From NCBI RefSeq assembly GCF_009914755.1, contig NC_060929.1: a DNA stretch of 64,000 bases. One strand, given 5' to 3'. Position numbers and translations under genes: made by a program. This document shows, one piece after another, positions 37,601-48,905 of the stretch (position 1 is its first letter; each line of letters begins with the position of its first letter). The stretch is from the human T2T-CHM13v2.0 reference genome, Homo sapiens. The notes under the pieces were generated by a model that was given only the letters and a program-made list of their open reading frames with translations, did no database searches and was not told where the DNA came from.

Positions 37601-40600
37601 GAAGAATTCTCAGAATCTTCCTTGTGTTGTGTGTATTCAACTCACACAGTTGAACGATGGTTTACACAGAGCAGATTTGAAACACTCTTTTTGTGGAATT
37701 TGCAAGTGGAGATTTCAGCCGCTTTGAGGTCAATGGTAGAAAAGGAAATATTTTCGTATAAAAACTAGACAGAATGATTCTCAGAAACTTCTTTGTGATG
37801 TGTGCGTTCAACTCACAGAGTTTAACCTTTCTTTTCATAGAGCAGTTAGGAAACACTCTGTTTGTAAACTCTGCAAGTGGATATTCAGACCTCTTTGAGG
37901 CCTTCGTTGGAAACGGGATTTCTTCATACTGTGCTAGACAGAAGAATTCTCAGTAACTTCCTTGTGTTGTGTGTATTCAACTCACAGAGTTGAACGATCC
38001 TTTACACAGAGCAGACTTGAAACACTCTTTTTGTGGAATTTGCAAGTGGAGATTTCAGCCGCGTTGAGGTCAATGGTAGAAAAGGAAATATCTTCGTATA
38101 AAAACTAGACAGAATGATTCTCAGAAACTCCTTTGAGATGTGTGTGTTCAACTCACAGAGTTTAACCTTTCTTTTCATAGAGTAGTTAGGAAACACTCTG
38201 TTTGTAAAGTCTGCAGGTGGATATTCAGACCTCTTTGAGGCCTTCGTTGGAAACGGGTTTTTTTCATATAAGGCTAGACAGAAGAATTCCCAGTAACTTC
38301 CTTGTGTTGTGTGTGTTCAACTCACAGAGTTGAACTTTCATTTAGTCAGAGCAGATTTGAAACACTCTTTTTGTGGAATTTGCAAATGGAGATTTCAAGC
38401 GCTTTGAGGCCAAAGGCAGAAAAGGAAATATCTTCGTATAAAAACTAGACAGAATCATTCTCAGAAACTGCTCTGCGATGTGTGCGTTCAACTCTCAGAG
38501 TTTAACTTTGCTTTTCATTCAGCAGTTTGGAAACACTCTGTTTGTAAAGTCTGCACGTGGATAATTTGACCACTTAGAGGCCTTCGTTGGAAACGGGTTT
38601 TTTTCATGTAAGGCTAGACAGAAGAATTCTCAGTAACTTCCTTGTGTTGTGTGTATTCAACTCACAGAGTTGAACGATCCTTTACACAGAGCAGACTTGT
38701 AACAATCTTTTTGTGGAATTTGCAAGTGGAGATTTCAGCCGCTTTGAAGTCAAAGGTAGAAAAGGAAATATCTTCCTATAAAAACTAGACAGAATGATTC
38801 TCAGAAACTCCTTTGTGATGTGTGCGTTCAACTCACAGAGTTTAACCTTTCTTTTCATAGAGGAGTTAGGAAACACTCTGTTTGTAAAGTCTGCAAGTGG
38901 ATATTCAGACCTCTTTGAGGCCTTCGTTGGAAACGGGTTTTTTTCATATAAGGCTAGACAGAAGAATTCCCAGTAACTTCCTTCTGTTGTGTGTGTTCAA
39001 CTCACAGAGTTGAACTTTCATTTACACAGAGCAGATTTGAAACACTCTTTTTGTGGAATTTGCAAGTGGAGATTTCAAGCGCTTTGAGGCCAAAGGCAGA
39101 AAAGGAAATATCTTCGTATAAAAACTAGACAGAATCATTCTCAGAAACTGCTCTGTGATGTGTGCGTTCAACTCTCAGAGTTTAACTTTTCTGTTCATTC
39201 AGCAGTTTGGAAACACTCTGTTTGTAAAGTCTGCACGTGGATAATTTGACCACTTAGAGGCCTTCGTTGGAAACGGGTTTTTTTCATGTAAGGCTAGACA
39301 GAAGAGTTCTCAGTAACTTCCTTGTGTTGTGTGTATTCAACTCACACAGTTGAACGATCCTTTACACAGAGCAGACTTGTAACACTCTTTTTGTGGAATT
39401 TGCAAATGGAGATTTCAGCCGCTTTGAAGTCAAAGTAGAAAAGGAAATATCTTCCTATAAAAACTAGACAGAATGATTCTCAGAAACTCCTTTGTGATGT
39501 GTGCGTTCAACTCACAGAGTTTAACCTTTCTTTTCATAGAGCAGTTAGGAAACACTCTGTTTGTAAAGTCTGCAAGTGGATATTCAGACCTCTTTGAGGC
39601 CTTCGTTGGAAACGGGTTTTTTTCATATAAGGCTAGACAGAAGAATTCCCAGTAACTTCCTTGTGTTGTGTGTGTTCAACTCACAGAGTTGAACTTTCAT
39701 TTACACAGAGCAGATTTGAAACACTCTTTTTGTGGAATTTGCAGGTGGAGATTTCAAGCGCTTTGAGGCCAAAGGCAGAAAAGGAAATATCTTCGTATAA
39801 AAACTAGACAGAATCATTCTCAGAAACTGCTCTGCGATGTGTGCGTTCAACTCTCAGAGTTTAACTTTTCTTTTCATTCAGCAGTTTGGAAACACTCTGT
39901 TTGTAAAGTCTGCACGTGGATATTTTGACCACTTAGAGGCCTTCGTTGGAAACGGGTTTTTTTCCTGTAAGGCTAGACAGAAGAATTCCCAGTAACTTCC
40001 TTGTGTTGTGTACATTCAACTCACAGAGTTGAACGTTCCCTTAGACAGAGCAGATTTGAAACACTCTTTTTGTGCAATTGGCAAGTGGAGATTTCAAGCG
40101 CTTTAAGGTCAATGGCAGAAAAGGAAATATCTTCGTTTCAAAACTAGACAGAATCATTCCCACAAACTCCGTTGTGATGTGTTCGTTCATCTCACAGAGT
40201 TTAACCTTTCTTTTCATAGAGCAGTTAGGAAACACTCTGTTTGTAAATTCTGTAAGTGGATATTCTGACATCTTGTGGCCTTCGTTGGAAACGGGATTTC
40301 TTCATATTCTGCTAGACAGAAGAATTCTCAGAATCTTCCTTGTGTTGTGTGTATTCAACTCACACAGTTGAACGATGGTTTACACAGAGCAGATTTGAAA
40401 CACTCTTTTTGTGGAATTTGCAAGTGGAGATTTCAGCCGCTTTGAGGTCAATGGTAGAAAAGGAAATATCTTCGTATAAAAACTAGACAGAATGATTCTC
40501 AGAAACTTCTTTGTGATGTGTGCGTTCAACTCACAGAGTTTAACCTTTCTTTTCATAGAGCAGTTAGGAAACACTCTGTTTGTAAACTCTGCAAGTGGAT

Positions 40601-42789
40601 ATTCAGACCTCTTTGAGGCCTTCGTTGGAAACGGGATTTCTTCATACTGTGCTAGACAGAAGAATTCTCAGTAACTTCCTTGTGTTGTGTGTATTCAACT
40701 CACAGAGTTGAACGATCCTTTACACAGAGCAGACTTGAAACACTCTTTTTGTGGAATTTGCAAGTGGAGATTTCAGCCGCGTTGAGGTCAATGGTAGAAA
40801 AGGAAATATCTTCGTATAAAAACTAGACAGAATGATTCTCAGAAACTCCTTTGAGATGTGTGTGTTCAACTCACAGAGTTTAACCTTTCTTTTCATAGAG
40901 CAGTTAGGAAACACTCTGTTTGTAAAGTCTGCAGGTGGATATTCAGACCTCTTTGAGGCCTTCGTTGGAAACGGGTTTTTTTCATATAAGGCTAGACAGA
41001 AGAATTCCCAGTAACTTCCTTGTGTTGTGTGTGTTCAACTCACAGAGTTGAACTTTCATTTAGTCAGAGCAGATTTGAAACACTCTTTTTGTGGAATTTG
41101 CAAATGGAGATTTCAAGCGCTTTGAGGCCAAAGGCAGAAAAGGAAATATCTTCGTATAAAAACTAGACAGAATCATTCTCAGAAACTGCTCTGCGATGTG
41201 TGCGTTCAACTCTCAGAGTTTAACTTTGCTTTTCATTCAGCAGTTTGGAAACACTCTGTTTGTAAAGTCTGCACGTGGATAATTTGACCACTTAGAGGCC
41301 TTCGTTGGAAACGGGTTTTTTTCATGTAAGGCTAGACAGAAGAATTCTCAGTAACTTCCTTGTGTTGTGTGTATTCAACTCACAGAGTTGAACGATCCTT
41401 TACACAGAGCAGACTTGTAACACTCTTTTTGTGGAATTTGCAAGTGGAGATTTCAGCCGCTTTGAAGTCAAAGGTAGAAAAGGAAATATCTTCCTATAAA
41501 AACTAGACAGAATGATTCTCAGAAACTCCTTTGTGATGTGTGCGTTCAACTCACAGAGTTTAACCTTTCTTTTCATAGAGGAGTTAGGAAACACTCTGTT
41601 TGTAAAGTCTGCAAGTGGATATTCAGACCTCTTTGAGGCCTTCGTTGGAAACGGGTTTTTTTCATATAAGGCTAGACAGAAGAATTCCCAGTAACTTCCT
41701 TCTGTTGTGTGTGTTCAACTCACAGAGTTGAACTTTCATTTACACAGAGCAGATTTGAAACACTCTTTTTGTGGAATTTGCAAGTGGAGATTTCAAGCGC
41801 TTTGAGGCCAAAGGCAGAAAAGGAAATATCTTCGTATAAAAACTAGACAGAATCATTCTCAGAAACTGCTCTGTGATGTGTGCGTTCAACTCTCAGAGTT
41901 TAACTTTTCTGTTCATTCAGCAGTTTGGAAACACTCTGTTTGTAAAGTCTGCACGTGGATAATTTGACCACTTAGAGGCCTTCGTTGGAAACGGGTTTTT
42001 TTCATGTAAGGCTAGACAGAAGAGTTCTCAGTAACTTCCTTGTGTTGTGTGTATTCAACTCACACAGTTGAACGATCCTTTACACAGAGCAGACTTGTAA
42101 CACTCTTTTTGTGGAATTTGCAAATGGAGATTTCAGCCGCTTTGAAGTCAAAGTAGAAAAGGAAATATCTTCCTATAAAAACTAGACAGAATGATTCTCA
42201 GAAACTCCTTTGTGATGTGTGCGTTCAACTCACAGAGTTTAACCTTTCTTTTCATAGAGCAGTTAGGAAACACTCTGTTTGTAAAGTCTGCAAGTGGATA
42301 TTCAGACCTCTTTGAGGCCTTCGTTGGAAACGGGTTTTTTTCATATAAGGCTAGACAGAAGAATTCCCAGTAACTTCCTTGTGTTGTGTGTGTTCAACTC
42401 ACAGAGTTGAACTTTCATTTACACAGAGCAGATTTGAAACACTCTTTTTGTGGAATTTGCAGGTGGAGATTTCAAGCGCTTTGAGGCCAAAGGCAGAAAA
42501 GGAAATATCTTCGTATAAAAACTAGACAGAATCATTCTCAGAAACTGCTCTGCGATGTGTGCGTTCAACTCTCAGAGTTTAACTTTTCTTTTCATTCAGC
42601 AGTTTGGAAACACTCTGTTTGTAAAGTCTGCACGTGGATATTTTGACCACTTAGAGGCCTTCGTTGGAAACGGGTTTTTTTCCTGTAAGGCTAGACAGAA
42701 GAATTCCCAGTAACTTCCTTGTGTTGTGTACATTCAACTCACAGAGTTGAACGTTCCCTTAGACAGAGCAGATTTGAAACACTCTTTTT
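34636..42789 (+). repeat. Three 16-mers (2718 bp) of type H-T1-T2-T3/T4 hybrid
   Basis: Landmarks at 34636, 37354, 40072 and 42790. The TGCTTG/CAGCCC dimer of T4 is absent from these units. Confidence 0.9.
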
Positions 42790-44827
42790 GTGCAATTGGC
42801 AAGTGGAGATTTCAAGCGCTTTAAGGTCAATGGCAGAAAAGGAAATATCTTCGTTTCAAAACTAGACAGAATCATTCCCACAAACTCCGTTGTGATGTGT
42901 TCGTTCATCTCACAGAGTTTAACCTTTCTTTTCATAGAGCAGTTAGGAAACACTCTGTTTGTAAATTCTGTAAGTGGATATTCTGACATCTTGTGGCCTT
43001 CGTTGGAAACGGGATTTCTTCATATTCTGCTAGACAGAAGAATTCTCAGAATCTTCCTTGTGTTGTGTGTATTCAACTCACACAGTTGAACGATGGTTTA
43101 CACAGAGCAGATTTGAAACACTCTTTTTGTGGAATTTGCAAGTGGAGATTTCAGCCGCTTTGAGGTCAATGGTAGAAAAGGAAATATCTTCGTATAAAAA
43201 CTAGACAGAATGATTCTCAGAAACTTCTTTGTGATGTGTGCGTTCAACTCACAGAGTTTAACCTTTCTTTTCATAGAGCAGTTAGGAAACACTCTGTTTG
43301 TAAACTCTGCAAGTGGATATTCAGACCTCTTCGAGGCCTTCGTTGGAAACGGGATTTCTTCATACTGTGCTAGACAGAAGAATTCTCAGTAACTTCCTTG
43401 TGTTGTGTGTATTCAACTCACAGAGTTGAACGATCCTTTACACAGAGCAGACTTGAAACACTCTTTTTGTGGAATTTGCAAGTGGAGATTTCAGCCGCGT
43501 TGAGGTCAATGGTAGAAAAGGAAATATCTTCGTATAAAAACTAGACAGAATGATTCTCAGAAACTCCTTTGAGATGTGTGTGTTCAACTCACAGAGTTTA
43601 ACCTTTCTTTTCATAGAGCAGTTAGGAATCACTCTGTTTGTAAAGTCTGCAAGTGGATATTCAGACCTCTTTGAGGCCTTCGTTGGAAACGGGTTTTTTT
43701 CATATAAGGCTAGACAGAAGAATTCCCAGTAACTTCCTTGTGTTGTGTGTGTTCAACTCACAGAGTTGAACTTTCATTTACACAGAGCAGATTTGAAACA
43801 CTCTTTTTGTGGAATTTGCAAATGGAGATTTCAAGCGCTTTGAGGCCAAAGGCAGAAAAGGAAATATCTTCGTATAAAAACTAGACAGAATCATTCTCAG
43901 AAACTGCTCTGCGATGTGTGCGTTCAACTCTCAGAGTTTAACTTTGCTTTTCATTCAGCAGTTTGGAAACACTCTGTTTGTAAAGTCTGCACGTGGATAA
44001 TTTGACCACTTAGAGGCCTTCGTTGGAAACGGGTTTTTTTCATGTAAGGCTAGACAGAAGAATTCTCAGTAACTTCCTTGTGTTGTGTGTATTCAACTCA
44101 CACAGTTGAACGATCCTTTACACAGAGCAGACTTGTAACACTCTTTTTGTGGAATTTGCAAGTGGAGATTTCAGCCGCTTTGAAGTCAAAGTAGAAAAGG
44201 AAATATCTTCCTATAAAAACTAGACAGAATGATTCTCAGAAACTCCTTTGTGATGTGTGCGTTCAACTCACAGAGTTTAACCTTTCTTTTCATAGAGCAG
44301 TTAGGAAACACTCTGCTTGTAAAGTCTGCAAGTGGATATTCAGCCCTCTTTGAGGCCTTCGTTGGAAACGGGTTTTTTTCATATAAGGCTAGACAGAAGA
44401 ATTCCCAGTAACTTCCTTTTGTTGTGTGTGTTCAACTCACAGAGTTGAACTTTGATTTACACAGAGCAGATTTGAAACACTCTTTTTGTGGAATTTGCAA
44501 GTGGAGATTTCAAGCGCTTTGAGGCCAAAGGCAGAAAAGGAAATATCTTCGTATAAAAACTAGACAGAATCATTCTCAGAAACTGCTCTGCGATGTGTGC
44601 GTTCAACTCTCAGAGTTTAACTTTTCTTTTCATTCAGCAGTTTGGAAACACTCTGTTTGTAAAGTCTGCACGTGGATATTTTGACCACTTAGAGGCCTTC
44701 GTTGGAAACGGGTTTTTTTCCTGTAAGGCTAGACAGAAGAATTCCCAGTAACTTCCTTGTGTTGTGTACATTCAACTCACAGAGTTGAACGTTCCCTTAG
44801 ACAGAGCAGATTTGAAACACTCTTTTT
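42790..44827 (+). repeat. 12-mer HOR variant (2038 bp)
   Basis: Landmark spacing 42790->44828; H, T1 ending in T2-type sequence (CACACAG, AAAGTAG), then T4. Confidence 0.88.
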
Positions 44828-47800
44828 GTGCAATTGGCAAGTGGAGATTTCAAGCGCTTTAAGGTCAATGGCAGAAAAGGAAATATCTTCGTTTCAAAAC
44901 TAGACAGAATCATTCCCACAAACTGCGTTGTGATGTGTTCGTTCATCTCACAGAGTTTAACCTTTCTTTTCATAGAGCAGTTAGGAAACACTCTGTTTGT
45001 AAATTCTGTAAGTGGATATTCTGACATCTTGTGGCCTTCGTTGGAAACGGGATTTCTTCATATTCTGCTAGACAGAAGAATTCTCAGAATCTTCCTTGTG
45101 TTGTGTGTATTCAACTCACACAGTTGAACGATGGTTTACACAGAGCAGATTTGAAACACTCTTTTTGTGGAATTTGCAAGTGGAGATTTCAGCCGCTTTG
45201 AGGTCAATGGTAGAAAAGGAAATATCTTCGTATAAAAACTAGACAGAATGATTCTCAGAAACTTCTTTGTGATGTGTGCGTTCAACTCACAGAGTTTAAC
45301 CTTTCTTTTCATAGAGCAGTTAGGAAACACTCTGTTTGTAAACTCTGCAAGTGGATATTCAGACCTCTTTGAGGCCTTCGTTGGAAACGGGATTTCTTCA
45401 TACTGTGCTAGACAGAAGAATTCTCAGTAACTTCCTTGTGTTGTGTGTATTCAACTCACAGAGTTGAACGATCCTTTACACAGAGCAGACTTGAAACACT
45501 CTTTTTGTGGAATTTGCAAGTGGAGATTTCAGCCGCGTTGAGGTCAATGGTAGAAAAGGAAATATCTTCGTATAAAAACTAGACAGAATGATTCTCAGAA
45601 ACTCCTTTGAGATGTGTGTGTTCAACTCACAGAGTTTAACCTTTCTTTTCATAGAGCAGTTAGGAATCACTCTGTTTGTAAAGTCTGCAAGTGGATATTC
45701 AGACCTCTTTGAGGCCTTCGTTGGAAACGGGTTTTTTTCATATAAGGCTAGACAGAAGAATTCCCAGTAACTTCCTTGTGTTGTGTGTGTTCAACTCACA
45801 GAGTTGAACTTTCATTTACACAGAGCAGATTTGAAACACTCTTTTTGTGGAATTTGCAAATGGAGATTTCAAGCGCTTTGAGGCCAAAGGCAGAAAAGGA
45901 AATATCTTCGTATAAAAACTAGACAGAATCATTCTCAGAAACTGCTCTGCGATGTGTGCGTTCAACTCTCAGAGTTTAACTTTGCTTTTCATTCAGCAGT
46001 TTGGAAACACTCTGTTTGTAAAGTCTGCACGTGGATAATTTGACCACTTAGAGGCCTTCGTTGGAAACGGGTTTTTTTTCATGTAAGGCTAGACAGAAGA
46101 ATTCTCAGTAACTTCCTTGTGTTGTGTGTATTCAACTCACACAGTTGAACGATCCTTTACACAGAGCAGACTTGTAACACTCTTTTTGTGGAATTTGCAA
46201 GTGGAGATTTCAGCCGCTTTGAAGTCAAATGTAGAAAAGGAAATATCTTCCTATAAAAACTAGACAGAATGATTCTCAGAAACTCCTTTGTGATGTGTGC
46301 GTTCAACTCACAGAGTTTAACCTTTCTTTTCATAGAGCAGTTAGGAAACACTCTGTTTGTAAAGTCTGCAAGTGGATATTCAGACCTCTTTGAGGCCTTC
46401 GTTGGAAACGGGTTTTTTTCATATAAGGCTAGACAGAAGAATTCCCAGTAACTTCCTTGTGTTGTGTGTGTTCAACTCACAGAGTTGAACTTTCATTTAC
46501 ACAGAGCAGATTTGAAACACTCGTTTTGTGGAATTTGCAAGTGGAGATTTCAAGCGCTTTGAGGCCAAAGGCAGAAAAGGAAATATCTTCGTATAAAAAC
46601 TAGACAGAATCATTCTCAGAAACTGCTCTGTGATGTGTGCGTTCAACTCTCAGAGTTTAACTTTTCTTTTCATTTAGCAGTTTGGAAACACTCTGTTTGT
46701 AAAGTCTGCACGTGGATAATTTGACCACTTAGAGGCCTTCGTTGGAAACGGGTTTTTTTCATGTAAGGCTAGACAGAAGAGTTCTCAGTAACTTCCTTGT
46801 GTTGTGTGTATTCAACTCACACAGTTGAACGATCCTTTACACAGAGCAGACTTGTAACACTCTTTTTGTGGAATTTGCAAGTGGAGATTTCAGCCGCTTT
46901 GAAGTCAAAGTAGAAAAGGAAATATCTTCCTATAAAAACTAGACAGAATGATTCTCAGAAACTCCTTTGTGATGTGTGCGTTCAACTCACAGAGTTTAAC
47001 CTTTCTTTTCATAGAGCAGTTAGGAAACACTCTGTTTGTAAAGTCTGCAAGTGGATATTCAGACCTCTTTGAGGCCTTCGTTGGAAACGGGTTTTTTTCA
47101 TATAAGGCTAGACAGAAGAATTCCCAGTAACTTCCTTGTGTTGTGTGTGTTCAACTCACAGAGTTGAACTTTCATTTACACAGAGCAGATTTGAAACACT
47201 CTTTTTGTGGAATTTGCAGGTGGAGATTTCAAGCGCTTTGAGGCCAAAGGCAGAAAAGGAAATATCTTCGTATAAAAACTAGACAGAATCATTCTCAGAA
47301 ACTGCTCTGCGATGTGTGTGTTCAACTCTCAGAGTTTAACTTTTCTTTTCATTCAGCAGTTTGGAAACACTCTGTTTGTAAAGTCTGCACGTGGATAATT
47401 TGACCACTTAGAGGCCTTCGTTGGAAACGGGTTTTTTTCATGTAAGGCTAGACAGAAGAATTCTCAGTAACTTCCTTGTGTTGTGTGTATTCAACTCACA
47501 GAGTTGAACGATCCTTTACACAGAGCAGACTTGTAACACTCTTTTTGTGGAATTTGCAAGTGGAGATTTCAGCCGCTTTGAAGTCAAAGGTAGAAAAGGA
47601 AATATCTTCCTATAAAAATTAGACAGAATGATTCTCAGAAACTCCTTTGTGATGTGTGCGTTCAACTCACAGAGTTTAACCTTTCTTTTCATAGAGCAGT
47701 TAGGAAACACTCTGCTTGTAAAGTCTGCAAGTGGATATTCAGCCCTCTTTGAGGCCTTCGTTGGAAACGGGTTTTTTTCATATAAGGCTAGACAGAAGAA

Positions 47801-48905
47801 TTCCCAGTAACTTCCTTGTGTTGTGTGTGTTCAACTCACAGAGTTGAACTTTGATTTACACAGAGCAGATTTGAAACACTCTTTTTGTGGAATTTGCAAG
47901 TGGAGATTTCAAGCGCTTTAAGGTCAATGGCAGAAAAGGAAATATCTTCGTTTCAAAACTACACAGAATCATTCCCACAAACTGCGTTGTGATGTGTTCG
48001 TTCATCTCACAGAGTTTAAGCTTTCTTTTCATAGAGCAGTTAGGAAACACTCTGTTTGTAAATTCTGTAAGTGGATATTCTGACATCTTGTGGCCTTCGT
48101 TGGAAACGGGATTTCTTCATATTCTACTAGACAGAAGAATTCTCAGAATCTTCCTTGTGTTGTGTGTATTCAACTCACACAGTTGAACGATGGTTTACAC
48201 AGAGCAGATATGAAACACTCTTTTTGTGGAATTTGCAAGTGGAGATTTCAGCCGCTTTGAGGTCAATGGTAGAAAAGGAAATATATTCGTATAAAAACTA
48301 GACAGAATGATTCTCAGAAACTTCTTTGTGATGTGTGCGTTCAACTCACAGAGTTTAACCTTTCTTTTCATAGAGCAGTTAGGAAACACTCTGCTTGTAA
48401 AGTCTGCAAGTGGATATTCAGCCCTCTTTGAGGCCTTCGTTGGAAACGGGTTTTTTTCATATAAGGCTAGACAGAAGAATTCCCAGTAACTTCCTTGTGT
48501 TGTGTGTGTTCAACTCACAGAGTTGAACTTTGATTTACACAGAGCAGATTTGAAACACTCTTTTTGTGGAATTTGCAAGTGGAGATTTCAAGCGCTTTGA
48601 GGCCAAAGGCAGAAAAGGAAATATCTTCGTATAAAAACTAGACAGAATCATTCTCAGAAACTGCTCTGCGATGTGTGCGTTCAACTCTCAGAGTTTAACT
48701 TTTCTTTTCATTCAGCAGTTTGGAAACACTCTGTTTGTAAAGTCTGCACGTGGATATTTTGACCACTTAGAGGCCTTCGTTGGAAACGGGTTTTTTTCCT
48801 GTAAGGCTAGACAGAAGAATTCCCAGTAACTTCCTTGTGTTGTGTACATTCAACTCACAGAGTTGAACGTTCCCTTAGACAGAGCAGATTTGAAACACTC
48901 TTTTT
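44828..48905 (+). repeat. 18-mer (3059 bp) plus 6-mer (1019 bp)
   Basis: Landmarks at 44828, 47887 and 48906; hybrid monomers near 47890-47920 and 48325-48393. Confidence 0.88.
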
